From: Candidatus Berkelbacteria bacterium
Lineage (GTDB): Bacteria > Patescibacteriota > UBA1384 > JACPKC01
Length of the DNA stretch: 64,000 nt
Direction of reading: 5' to 3'
NCBI GenBank assembly: GCA_016187225.1
Contig: JACPKC010000004.1
Span: 17,004 to 81,003, forward strand
The translations under genes were made by a program, and so were the position numbers. Shown here piece by piece: positions 1 through 9,569 of this stretch (within the stretch, counting starts at the first letter, position 1; each line of letters opens with the position of its first letter). A model generated the notes under the pieces. It searched no databases. It was not told the origin of the DNA and saw only the letters and a list, made by a program, of their open reading frames with translations.

Positions 1-690
1 ACGCCCGGCCGCTTAAAAGATTTTTTGGATCGCCGCCTACTCGATCTCCACAACGTTCGATTTTTGGTGCTTGATGAGGTTGATCGGATGCTCGATATGG
101 GTTTCATCCGCGATATTCGCTACATTCTGGATCAGGTTCCGACGGAGCGCCAGACTTTTTGCATGAGCGCCACCATGACCGCGGCCGTTGGACAACTCTT
201 GGGCGGATTGCTCACCAATCCGGCTCAAGTCTCGGTGAAAACCGGCGCCACTTGCCAGGCAGTTGAGCAAGATATTATCGAATATGCCCAAGAAGACGAG
301 AAGTTGGGCCTACTCCAAACGCTTCTGGCGCAAGCCGAGGTGGAAAAGGCGCTGGTCTTCAGCCAAACCAAACGCAATGCCCAACGGTTGGCGCACGCGC
401 TCGCCGCGGGTGGCGTGACGGCCGAGGCGATTCATGGCAACAAATCCCAAGCCCAGCGCACTCGCGCCCTTCAGGCTTTCAAGTCGGGCCGGGTAATGGC
501 GTTGGTTGCCACCGATGTGGCCGCGCGCGGCCTCGACATTCCCAACGTCAGCCATGTTATTAACTATGATCAGCCGATGACCTACACTGACTATATCCAC
601 CGAATCGGTCGAACCGGCCGAGCCGGTCAGCGCGGCACCGCTCTCACTTTCGTGCCGGGCCGATCTGCCGGAAGCGCCCACCAACGCTAA
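1..690 (+). CDS. ATP-dependent DEAD-box RNA helicase, C-terminal part (5' end outside the window)
   Basis: The frame is open from position 1. It has a DEVD (DEAD-variant) motif, SAT, a helicase C domain (VATDVAARGLDIP) and HRIGRTGRAG motif VI. Confidence 0.85.
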   Translation, partial: TPGRLKDFLDRRLLDLHNVRFLVLDEVDRMLDMGFIRDIRYILDQVPTERQTFCMSATMTAAVGQLLGGLLTNPAQVSVKTGATCQAVEQDIIEYAQEDEKLGLLQTLLAQAEVEKALVFSQTKRNAQRLAHALAAGGVTAEAIHGNKSQAQRTRALQAFKSGRVMALVATDVAARGLDIPNVSHVINYDQPMTYTDYIHRIGRTGRAGQRGTALTFVPGRSAGSAHQR

Positions 691-1171
691 ACTTTTTTTC
701 GGTCGAGCCGAGTGATCAGGCGATGGTCAGGATTACGCGACGTGGGTTGAAAGTGAATACGGTGTTGGTAGAGAAGCGATTTATAATCTCGCCAGCTATA
801 AACTCGATGTTACAACCGCAAAGTCTGCCCTAGTTGAACAGCTCGGGAAAACTGTGGCTTAATATCAAAAAAAGGGGGAATTATCCCTTCAAGAGTTATT
901 CTGTGAATTTACGACACGTCTGTAACTTAAGCCTCCTGTGGACGCACAATTCATCCCGCAAATGCATAATACTCTACTAGCCAGTCTCCTTTCTTACCAG
1001 CGTACACGACCGTCCACGACACACTTAATCCCCTAATTTTGCCAAGTGCCCCAAATCATTGTTTACACATTGGCGTTGGTTGTTTAGTTAATAACTTGTC
1101 GAACAAGAATACAAATGGCGAGAGGATAGGATCGCCACGACCAAAGCCTCGCGCTACCATTTAATAAAGAC

Positions 1172-1609
1172 CTAGGCCGCGTCCGGAATAGTCCAGGGTT
1201 TCGAGCGTTGGGCATCATCCTTCGGTTGCGGTTTTAATTTAGGTTCTGGCCGTGGTTGGTTGCGAAGTTGGAGAGCAAAATCGCCTTTATGGAGCAATCT
1301 CTTTGCTTCGTCAAGCACAATCGTTGTGTGCATCTGACCTTCAATATTTTTGTTTACTTCCCGAAGAAGCGCTTCAGCAAGCTGACGTGTTAGTAATGGA
1401 TAGCGATTAATAGCCGGCTCGGAATGCATGTATTCAGGTTGTTCTTGCTGGATTGATACCAACTCAAGTACGTCTTGGTAAACAGGCACCTCGTCGACAC
1501 GCTGATCATTATTGGCCTCGAAAATTGCATCCTTGATCTCATCAAGCGAACCAAGCGGTGTATTGTTATTTTTGATTTCTTCAGGAACTTGTGTGCTTGG
1601 AACAGTCAT
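1172..1609 (-). CDS. hypothetical acidic protein
   Basis: ATG start with an AGGAGG ribosome-binding site. The gene is divergent from the 1658 gene across a TATAAT-rich spacer. I see no recognisable domain. Confidence 0.45.
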   Translation of the reverse strand: MTVPSTQVPEEIKNNNTPLGSLDEIKDAIFEANNDQRVDEVPVYQDVLELVSIQQEQPEYMHSEPAINRYPLLTRQLAEALLREVNKNIEGQMHTTIVLDEAKRLLHKGDFALQLRNQPRPEPKLKPQPKDDAQRSKPWTIPDAA

Positions 1610-1626
1610 TCTTCCTCCTTTTGCGC

Positions 1627-1657
1627 TATAATATAATAAATTCACAGAGGAGGGAAT
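1627..1657. promoter_or_regulatory. divergent promoter region (tandem TATAAT boxes) between the 1609(-) and 1658(+) genes
   Basis: The spacer reads tataatataat and is flanked on both sides by AGGAGG ribosome-binding sites. Confidence 0.35.
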
Positions 1658-2797
1658 GTGCGTAAATTTTGGTTGGCAATGTGTGGAATACTTATTGTAA
1701 GCGCTGGCGGTTGGTCCATATTTAAAGTTCGATCACAACAAGCATCTCCCATAACCACAATTCCAACTCAAATTTCTACCCCCTCGCTGAATGCTCCCCA
1801 GCTTGAGGGCGTCGAGATACGCACAGTGGCGCTTACAGGAGCGTATCCAGCTGGTCTTGATCTCGATTCGAAAACTGGTTATTTCTACGTCAGTAATCAT
1901 GACACCATGTTAAATGGTTGCGAAGGAGATGAGGCGCGTTATGGCAAGAATACTTTAAGCATCGTCGATCCAGTTCAGGGCAAAGAAGTCGCTAATACTA
2001 AAACAGAAGCTGGCGCTCTTGGCATTCAAGTTGATTCAGGACGCGATTCAGTCTATGTGGCTGGATCGCGCACGGGCAAGATCGCTTTTCACGCTCTGGA
2101 TACCGGTGAAAAATCTAAAACAATTCCAGTCGGTGGTCAGCCCTTTGACTTGGCGCTCAATGCTGAAAAGGGCGTGTTACTTATTTCCAATACGAAAGAT
2201 GACCACTCTAAAAATATGTCAGTAGTCGACGTGAATAAAAAAGCGTTGTTTGGAACGCATGAAACGCCCGATCAGCCACGGGGGATCGCCCTTGACCCTG
2301 ATCGAGGCGTGGCTTACATGGTGAGCGCGAAGGATGGGACGATCGCAATCGTCGATACCGATACCGGCAATGTCTCGACTAGCTTTCGGCCGCTTGAGAT
2401 TAAAGATAGTAGCGGCATCACATTCTCCAGCAAACTTCGTCGAATTTTCGTTGTCGATACGCAGGAGACAAGCGCGATCACGGCGATTGATGCTAACAGT
2501 GAAAGTTTAGCTGGCAAGATTCGTTTTACTGAAAACGCAGTGCCAGCAAGCGGAATGCAAGTTGATGATGAAGCTGGCTTACTCTATGCGACCCTGCCAC
2601 GAAGCAATGCCATTGGGGTTGCTGAAGCTAAAACACTTAAATCACTGGGGATCATTTCGGTTGGCAAATGTCCGTCTGCAATCAAACTTGATCTTGAGCG
2701 AGGTCTCGGCGTGACTGCTAATCAAGGAGATGATACTGTAAGTGTATTCGATCTCGGTCAGGTTGAGATTGCTTTAAAGCAGAAAGGAGATGTATGA
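1658..2797 (+). CDS. secreted YVTN-family beta-propeller repeat protein
   Basis: GTG start with an AGGAGGG ribosome-binding site and an N-terminal signal or TM segment. Repeated YVSN, VYVAGS, AYMVSAKDGTIAIVD and FVVD blades. Confidence 0.55.
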   Translation: MRKFWLAMCGILIVSAGGWSIFKVRSQQASPITTIPTQISTPSLNAPQLEGVEIRTVALTGAYPAGLDLDSKTGYFYVSNHDTMLNGCEGDEARYGKNTLSIVDPVQGKEVANTKTEAGALGIQVDSGRDSVYVAGSRTGKIAFHALDTGEKSKTIPVGGQPFDLALNAEKGVLLISNTKDDHSKNMSVVDVNKKALFGTHETPDQPRGIALDPDRGVAYMVSAKDGTIAIVDTDTGNVSTSFRPLEIKDSSGITFSSKLRRIFVVDTQETSAITAIDANSESLAGKIRFTENAVPASGMQVDDEAGLLYATLPRSNAIGVAEAKTLKSLGIISVGKCPSAIKLDLERGLGVTANQGDDTVSVFDLGQVEIALKQKGDV

Positions 2798-3537
2798 TCT
2801 TGAAACTTAATCTTAAGGTTTTTATTCTCGCGCTTATACTCGTGATTGTCGGCATGTTGGCTGTTTGGCGGCCCTGGAAGGATGAGGCGGATACGCGCCA
2901 AATTACCACGAATGGTGAAGCCACGGTTTCGCGTGCCCCGGATGAGTTTGTTTTTTCACCTGTCTACGAAAAAGTCTCGGAAGATTCTAAAACGGCGGTC
3001 CGTGAGGTGACGGTAGTAGGGAATGAGATTTTGGCGAAACTCCGTGAACTTGGTGTCGTGGACGATCAGATGACGACCTCGGTAACAACAAACAACGATC
3101 GAGTCTATGCCTTCGAGCCTAATGCCGATGCGCCTAATGAATATCATGCGCTCTATAGCATCACTGCTACGCTTAACGATCTCACACTTGCTCAATCGGT
3201 ACTCGACTATTTGGCCACGACTCCGGTTCTCTACGCAATTACTCCGCAGAGTACTTTTAGTACGAAAACGCGTAAGGCGCTCGAAGACGAGGCGCGTAAA
3301 TTAGCGCTCGCCGATGCTCGAGAGCGAGCCGAGGACTCGGTAGCCGCGATTGGCGCAAGGCTCGGCAAGGTTATTACCATTTCCGAACCCTCATGGGGAG
3401 GTCCGGTGCCACTCATGGGTGCGCCCGAAGGCGTGGGAACAGCTAATCTTGACTCCAACGCTTCGGCGAGTCCGGAACTTTTAATCGGTGAACAGGATCT
3501 TACCTATACGATCAGCGTTACCTTTGCCTTAAAATAA
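2794..3537 (+). CDS. SIMPL (DUF541) domain periplasmic protein
   Basis: N-terminal TM, two SIMPL-like halves, and a C-terminal GEQDLTYTISVTFAL resembling the YggE family. A 4-nt overlap with the preceding gene suggests coupling. Confidence 0.55.
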   Translation: MILKLNLKVFILALILVIVGMLAVWRPWKDEADTRQITTNGEATVSRAPDEFVFSPVYEKVSEDSKTAVREVTVVGNEILAKLRELGVVDDQMTTSVTTNNDRVYAFEPNADAPNEYHALYSITATLNDLTLAQSVLDYLATTPVLYAITPQSTFSTKTRKALEDEARKLALADARERAEDSVAAIGARLGKVITISEPSWGGPVPLMGAPEGVGTANLDSNASASPELLIGEQDLTYTISVTFALK

Positions 3538-3553
3538 CTACTAAGGAGGGAAT

Positions 3554-4045
3554 ATGGCACAGAAACCGCGTTATTGGCTTGGAGTTGCAAGAATCTCTCT
3601 TGGTTTAATTTTCTTTTGGGCTTTTGTTGACAAACTTTTTGGCCTTGGCTTTAGCACTGAACCTGCCAAGGCGTGGATTATTGGCAACTCGCCAACTGAA
3701 TCATTTCTCCTGTATGCCACAAAGGGGCCATTTGCGTTCATTTTCCAAATGTTAGCTGGTAACTCGTTTGTCGATTGGCTCTTTATGCTTGGTCTATTCG
3801 GAGTTGGTCTGGCTCTGATTTTTGGAATTGGTCTGCGCTTGGCTTGTTATAGTGGCGCACTGATGTTGGCGCTTATGTATATCGCCGGATTTATGCCACC
3901 AAAAAATCATCCTTTTCTCGATGATCACATCATTTACATTATTTTGCTTTGGGGTTTGGCCGTTGAGGATGCTGGACGTGTTCTCGGTTTTGGCGCTTTC
4001 TGGCAGAGAACAGAGTTAGTTCGCAAATTTCCGATTTTGGAGTGA
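3554..4045 (+). CDS. DoxX-family membrane protein
   Basis: The N-terminus RISLGLIFFWAFVDKLFG is typical of DoxX, with multiple TM helices and an AGGAGG ribosome-binding site. Confidence 0.55.
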   Translation: MAQKPRYWLGVARISLGLIFFWAFVDKLFGLGFSTEPAKAWIIGNSPTESFLLYATKGPFAFIFQMLAGNSFVDWLFMLGLFGVGLALIFGIGLRLACYSGALMLALMYIAGFMPPKNHPFLDDHIIYIILLWGLAVEDAGRVLGFGAFWQRTELVRKFPILE

Positions 4046-4049
4046 CAAC

Positions 4050-5180
4050 TTATTTGCGACTTATGGCAATTGCCGCGAGGGCGGTTGTGATTGGCACAGC
4101 TAGGATAAGCGCACTACTGCCAATGAGCGTTCGCAGAATCTCTTCAAAGAGAAACTCACTATTTATCGCGACCCAAAGCGGGAGTGGTCGCTGAACTATC
4201 GCCATAAGAAACATCGGAAATGAGGCGCCCACATAGGCTAGGGCAAGGGTATTAACGAGCGATGCAACATGTTCGCGCCCAACACGCAAACCCCGCCGAT
4301 AAAGTTCTTGTGGCGAAAGGTTGGTGTTCGCATTTTTGAGCTCAAAAACCAGTGCGGCTTGAGCCGTGGCAACGTCATCCAGCACCCCCAGTGTGCCGAT
4401 TAAGATTCCACCAAGAAGCAGGCCGCGAAAATTCAAATCCGCAAAGGCGCCGATCTGAAGATAAAAAGACTCCTCGCTCCCCATGCCGGTAAGATGCGCG
4501 AGCGCGGCAAAAAGCATCGCCAGACTTGTTGCAACGCCGAGCGTTAAAATTGTGCCGACCACCGAAACAGTGGTCTGGAGGCGAAAGCCATGAGCAAGAT
4601 AAAGTGTTAATAAGGCAATCAAAATACTGCCGATCAGAGAAACAAGAAGCGGGTTATAGCCCCGAATAATCGCTGGCAGAATTCCGAAGATAAGGATCAA
4701 AATACTAACCAAGAGACCGATAAGCGCCGTTCCGCCACGCCAGCCGCTTACTAAAAGGACAAGACCAAGGAACATCGCCGCGAGCCAGAAGAGACTGCCG
4801 AGGCGTAGTCGATCAGCGATGTAATAATAGGTTGAGCCATCGATCTTTGTGCTTTTTGCTAGAATAATTGAATCGTTTGCCTCGACCATCTGCGCAGGTT
4901 GAATTGTGTATTGGCCGCCATGATCGACTTCGACTTCTTTGCCTTGTTCTTCACCGGATAAAATCCGAACTTGAAGGCGCTGAAAGAGTTGAGAAAAATC
5001 ACCCAGATCTTGCTCACCTTCTTCCAGCACCTCGAGCACTTGGGCGCGAGCATAGGTATCAGGCGGCAAGCCAGCTTCAAAGGCCGGATTTGGTTCAAGT
5101 ATGGGTGCATCTTGAGCCTGGACAAATGAATTGCTTAGAGGAAAAAATATTAAAATAACTAAAAAAATTCCGCGCCACAT
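4050..5180 (-). CDS. YibE/F-like polytopic membrane protein
   Basis: Signal peptide, a roughly 120-aa extracytoplasmic domain, then about 7 TM helices. The family assignment is tentative. Confidence 0.4.
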   Translation of the reverse strand: MWRGIFLVILIFFPLSNSFVQAQDAPILEPNPAFEAGLPPDTYARAQVLEVLEEGEQDLGDFSQLFQRLQVRILSGEEQGKEVEVDHGGQYTIQPAQMVEANDSIILAKSTKIDGSTYYYIADRLRLGSLFWLAAMFLGLVLLVSGWRGGTALIGLLVSILILIFGILPAIIRGYNPLLVSLIGSILIALLTLYLAHGFRLQTTVSVVGTILTLGVATSLAMLFAALAHLTGMGSEESFYLQIGAFADLNFRGLLLGGILIGTLGVLDDVATAQAALVFELKNANTNLSPQELYRRGLRVGREHVASLVNTLALAYVGASFPMFLMAIVQRPLPLWVAINSEFLFEEILRTLIGSSALILAVPITTALAAIAISRK

Positions 5181-5233
5181 ATTGCTAACGTAGATGGTAA
5201 TGCGGAATGCGTAAAGGGTGATAGACTACCGCT

Positions 5234-7018
5234 ATGTGCGGCATTATTGGCGTGGTTGGCCGGAAGCAGAACGCGCCTCAACTGGTGATTGACGGTCTCA
5301 AACGGCTTGAGTATCGCGGCTATGATTCTTGGGGAGTCGCTTTTTCCAAGCGAACCGGTTTAACGCTCGAGCGGGAGATCGGCAAGTTGGAAGAGAGTGG
5401 CGCTCGGCTCAAGCAGTTAGCGGCTGAACGGGCCAAGCTGGCCCTCGGCCACACCCGCTGGGCGACTCACGGCGGCCGGACGGTCGCTAATGCTCATCCG
5501 CATCGCTCCTGTGACGGTCGGATCGTTTTGGTGCACAACGGCATTATCGAAAACTATCAAGAATTGCGCGACGAACTTAAAGCTGTTGGTCATCGCTTCC
5601 AATCGGAAACTGACACCGAAGTTTTAGCTCATCTGATTGAAGCCGCCCGGCCTGACACTAAAACCTTGGCCGAGGCGGTGCGGCTGGCGCTCGGTAAAAT
5701 TCAGGGCAGCTTTGCAATCGCCGTTTTTGAGGTCGGCGGACGGGAGTTGGTCGGCGCGCGACGCGGCTCGCCGCTGGTGATTGGCTTGGGTTTAGATCAA
5801 GCCTACTTGGCCTCGGATGTGCCCGCCTTTTTGGCCGCCACTCGGTGGGTGATTTTTTTGGAAGAGAACGATCTGGTCGTCCTTAATGGGGGCCGGCCGG
5901 TGATTAGAAATCTGACCACCAACAAAATCGTCACTCGGTCGGAAGTACAAATTAGTTGGGACGCCGCTCAAGCTGAACGCGGCGAGCATCCGGACTTTAT
6001 GCACAAGGAAATTTTTGAGCAACCGGCAACGCTCCGCCGAGCGCTCGGGCAACCGCGCCGCGAACTTGAGCGTTTTGCCAAATTGATCCATCAGGCTTAT
6101 GGCGTTTTCTTGGTCGGTTGCGGTTCGGCCTATCATGCCGGTTTGACCGGGCTTTATCTTTTCTCTCATCTGGCTAAACGGCATGTCAATCTTGCCGTTG
6201 CCTCCGAATTTCCTTGTTATGAGGAGTTTTTAACGCCCAAAACGCTGTTGGTGCCGATTTCACAAAGCGGCGAGACGGCGGATACACTCGAAGCGGTCCG
6301 GGCGGCCAAACGGCGCGACGTCAAGGTGGCGGCGATCGTCAATGTGCAAGGTTCAACTTTGATGCGCGAAGCCGATCAAAGCCTCTTGACCTTGGCTGGC
6401 CCGGAACTGTGTGTTTTGGCCACCAAAAGTTTTACCAGCCAGGTCGCGCTTTTAACCTTGCTGGCCTATACTTTGGCCGATCAATACCGCGCCGGCCGGA
6501 ACTTGCTTGAGCGCGCGGCCGACGAGCTCGACGCCCAGTTGGCTGAAGGAACGATGGCCAGCCAACTCCAAGCTCTGGCGCGCACCCTCAAGGCTCGAGA
6601 GCATCTTTACACGGTCGGCCGGTCGCTCAATTACCCAACCGCTCTGGAAGCGGCCCTAAAAATTAAAGAGGTCAGTTATCTGCATGCCGAGGGTTTTGCC
6701 GGCGGCGAGCTTAAACACGGCTCGATTGCCTTGATCGAAGCAGGCACGCCGGTGCTTGTTTTTGCGAGCCGCGATCATGCCGAGGCGGAGATTCTCGCCA
6801 ACGCAATGGAACTAAAATCGCGCGGTGCCCAGATTATCGGGATTGCGCCTCGACCTAATGAAATTTTTAGCAATTGGTTGCCGGTTACCGATCTACCCGA
6901 AGCGATGCCGATTTTGGGCGCCATCCCGGCGCAACTCCTTGCCTACGAATTAGCCCTTGCTCGCGGCCTTGATCCGGATAAACCGCGCAACCTCGCCAAA
7001 TCGGTGACGGTGAAATAA
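5234..7018 (+). CDS. glmS: glutamine--fructose-6-phosphate aminotransferase (isomerising)
   Basis: MCGIIG with an N-terminal Cys (class II amidotransferase), two SIS domains, and a C-terminal KSVTVK. Confidence 0.95.
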   Translation: MCGIIGVVGRKQNAPQLVIDGLKRLEYRGYDSWGVAFSKRTGLTLEREIGKLEESGARLKQLAAERAKLALGHTRWATHGGRTVANAHPHRSCDGRIVLVHNGIIENYQELRDELKAVGHRFQSETDTEVLAHLIEAARPDTKTLAEAVRLALGKIQGSFAIAVFEVGGRELVGARRGSPLVIGLGLDQAYLASDVPAFLAATRWVIFLEENDLVVLNGGRPVIRNLTTNKIVTRSEVQISWDAAQAERGEHPDFMHKEIFEQPATLRRALGQPRRELERFAKLIHQAYGVFLVGCGSAYHAGLTGLYLFSHLAKRHVNLAVASEFPCYEEFLTPKTLLVPISQSGETADTLEAVRAAKRRDVKVAAIVNVQGSTLMREADQSLLTLAGPELCVLATKSFTSQVALLTLLAYTLADQYRAGRNLLERAADELDAQLAEGTMASQLQALARTLKAREHLYTVGRSLNYPTALEAALKIKEVSYLHAEGFAGGELKHGSIALIEAGTPVLVFASRDHAEAEILANAMELKSRGAQIIGIAPRPNEIFSNWLPVTDLPEAMPILGAIPAQLLAYELALARGLDPDKPRNLAKSVTVK

Positions 7019-7059
7019 CCCCCAAAGTTTTTTTCCATCAACTCTGTTATGCTGACAAC

Positions 7060-8409
7060 ATGAAGCTTTCGTTCTATGGAGCGGCGGGTGAGGTAACCGG
7101 CAGTAACTACTTGCTTGAAGCAAAAAACGCCTCTCTAATGGTGGATTGCGGCGCATTTCAGGGGGGCAAAGAGCAAGAGCTTAAAAATGCCGCGCCTTTT
7201 CTTTTTAATCCTAATATAGTTGATTCTTTTATTTTGACTCACGCTCATCTTGATCACGTTGGGCGGGTGGCGAAACTCGTCAAAGATGGCTACCGAGGTC
7301 ATATTTGGTGCACGCCGGCCACCATGGAACTCGCCGAACTTATTATGCTCGACGCGGCTAAGATCATGAGTCACGAAGAGCTTAAGTTTGGCGATGAGCC
7401 GCTATATCATGAACAAGACGTCTATCGCGCGCTCCGCCAGTTCAAAACTCTTGACTATGAAACTAAAATCGAGATCGCGCCCGGGATCGAGGCGCGTTTA
7501 GTCGATGCGGGTCATATTCTTGGTTCAGCTTCGGTGGAAGTGTGGGCAGGAGGCAAGAAGTTGCTTTTTTCAGGCGATATTGGCAATAAAGGAGCGCCGA
7601 TTATTAAAGACCCGAACCGAGTGGACGAGGCGGATTACGTGATTTGTGAGTCAACCTATGGCGGCCGCACGCATGAATCGATTGAAGATCGTCGGGTCAT
7701 TTTAAAAACCGCAATTGATCACTCGATTGCCAAGGGTGGAGTGCTTTTGATCCCAGCTTTTGCGCTCGAACGAAGCCAAGAGTTGCTCTATGAACTTCAC
7801 GATTTACTCACGAACCACAATATTAAAGCCCTGCCAATTTTTCTCGATTCCCCTCTAGCTATCAAAACGACTGAAGTTTTTGGTCATTTTCCCGAGTATT
7901 ACGACAACGAAGCAAAGGAAATTATTCATACCGGCAAGGATTTTTTCGAATTGCCCGGCTTACAATTCACGGAGACGGTTGAACAGTCAAAGCGGATCAA
8001 TAAGACTCCACCGCCCAAAATGATTATTGCCGGTTCGGGAATGATGACGGGTGGGCGGATTCGCTATCATCTAAAAGAGTATCTCGGCAGTCCGCAGACA
8101 ACGATTTTAATTGCCGGCTATCAAGTTAAGGGCACGCTCGGGCGCCGAATTCTAGATGGCGTGAAGACCGTTGATCTTTTTCATGAACCAGTTGCGGTCA
8201 AAGCAGAAGTGATTGCTTGCGGCGCATTTTCAGCTCATGCCGACCATAAACAACTCATGGATTGGCTCACAAGCGTTAAAACGCCCGTGCGTCAGATTTT
8301 CTTTACTCACGGCGATCGGGAAGGGTTGGTCGCGCTCGAGCAGGCGGTCTCAAAAGAACTCAACTGGCAGACCCACATTCCCCGTTTTGGCGAACATATC
8401 ACTTTGTAA
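7060..8409 (+). CDS. MBL-fold beta-CASP metallo-hydrolase (RNA-metabolising)
   Basis: HAHLDHVGR motif with beta-CASP-like downstream regions, about 450 aa. Confidence 0.7.
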   Translation: MKLSFYGAAGEVTGSNYLLEAKNASLMVDCGAFQGGKEQELKNAAPFLFNPNIVDSFILTHAHLDHVGRVAKLVKDGYRGHIWCTPATMELAELIMLDAAKIMSHEELKFGDEPLYHEQDVYRALRQFKTLDYETKIEIAPGIEARLVDAGHILGSASVEVWAGGKKLLFSGDIGNKGAPIIKDPNRVDEADYVICESTYGGRTHESIEDRRVILKTAIDHSIAKGGVLLIPAFALERSQELLYELHDLLTNHNIKALPIFLDSPLAIKTTEVFGHFPEYYDNEAKEIIHTGKDFFELPGLQFTETVEQSKRINKTPPPKMIIAGSGMMTGGRIRYHLKEYLGSPQTTILIAGYQVKGTLGRRILDGVKTVDLFHEPVAVKAEVIACGAFSAHADHKQLMDWLTSVKTPVRQIFFTHGDREGLVALEQAVSKELNWQTHIPRFGEHITL

Positions 8410-8423
8410 TTGATAATTCAGAG

Positions 8424-8921
8424 TTGATAGGTCATAGTTTTGGTATGCAAAATATCTATTTAGGTTCAGATCATGCGGGTTTTGAGTATAAACAAAAACT
8501 TATCCAGCTTTTGCGTGAACATGAACAAGATTTAGGCCTTAGCCAGATTATCGATTTGGGTCCAGAAACTTTAACTCCCGACGACGACTACCCAGAGTAT
8601 GCGTTTCGAGTCGCTGAACAGGTTGCGAATGCGCCCGCCGCTCTTGGAATTTTGATCTGTGGCAACGGTCAGGGCGTGTGCCTTGCCGCCAACAAAGTTG
8701 TCGGCAGTCGCGCCGTTTCGGCCTTTTCGCCTTTGATGGCCGCCTCAACCCGCACAGACGATCATGCCAACATTCTATGTCTGCCAGCTCGATTTTTATC
8801 TTGGGCACAGATTCAAGAGATTGTTACGACTTGGCTTAAAGCCCAGCCGAATCCGGAAATCCGACACCTGCGACGCCTGGCATTAGTTAAAAAATACGAA
8901 ACTAACCGCCCGCGTTTATGA
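8424..8921 (+). CDS. rpiB: ribose-5-phosphate isomerase B
   Basis: IYLGSDHAGFEYK and GNGQGVCLAANK are typical of the RpiB/LacAB family. Confidence 0.85.
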   Translation: MIGHSFGMQNIYLGSDHAGFEYKQKLIQLLREHEQDLGLSQIIDLGPETLTPDDDYPEYAFRVAEQVANAPAALGILICGNGQGVCLAANKVVGSRAVSAFSPLMAASTRTDDHANILCLPARFLSWAQIQEIVTTWLKAQPNPEIRHLRRLALVKKYETNRPRL

Positions 8922-9553
8922 CTCCGACGCTTGTGCCAGCGATTTTAGCAAAGACATCAGCGGAATTGGCACTCCAATTCGACCAAGTGCGAAATTTGAG
9001 CTCACTCTTGAGCTATGATGTCGCTGATGGTCAGTTTGTACCCAGTCTCACTCCGTCCCCGCGTGATTTTCCACAAACATCTAAGGCAGAAATCTTTTGG
9101 CATTTGATGGTGGAAAAACCTTTGGAATTCATCGATGAATGCTTAGCTTTACCGACAAAAATCATTGCCGTCCAGGCAGAGGCCGGCGGGGCGCCAGCAG
9201 CCATTGAGAAGTTAGCAAGTTCACCTGTTTTAACTGGTTTGGTTGTTAACCCGAGCACGCCGGTGCGCGCGTTGGAGCAATTTTTACCCCAAGTCGATTT
9301 GATTCAAATTATGACTGTTATCCCGGGTGCTCAAGGCCAACATTTTTTACCGGCAATGTTGCCTAAGTTGAGCCAGCTCCGTTGCCTGAAGTCTGATCTA
9401 ATGCTGGCAGTCGATGGTGGGGTGAGTAGTGCTACAATTGAGTCAGTCCTACGTTATCGGCCCGATTATATTGTGGTGGGAAGCGCTCTAACGCGCGCGC
9501 GCGATCCAGCTGAAGAGTGGCGCGTTTTGAGTCGTTTGGTTGCCGCAAGTTAA
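8918..9553 (+). CDS. rpe: ribulose-phosphate 3-epimerase family protein (divergent)
   Basis: YDVADGQFVP, HLMV, QVDLIQIMTVIPGAQGQHF and VDGGV align with Rpe motifs. The first metal-binding His positions are replaced by Y and Q. Confidence 0.55.
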   Translation: MTPTLVPAILAKTSAELALQFDQVRNLSSLLSYDVADGQFVPSLTPSPRDFPQTSKAEIFWHLMVEKPLEFIDECLALPTKIIAVQAEAGGAPAAIEKLASSPVLTGLVVNPSTPVRALEQFLPQVDLIQIMTVIPGAQGQHFLPAMLPKLSQLRCLKSDLMLAVDGGVSSATIESVLRYRPDYIVVGSALTRARDPAEEWRVLSRLVAAS

Positions 9554-9569
9554 GCGCAAGAGGAGGGGT

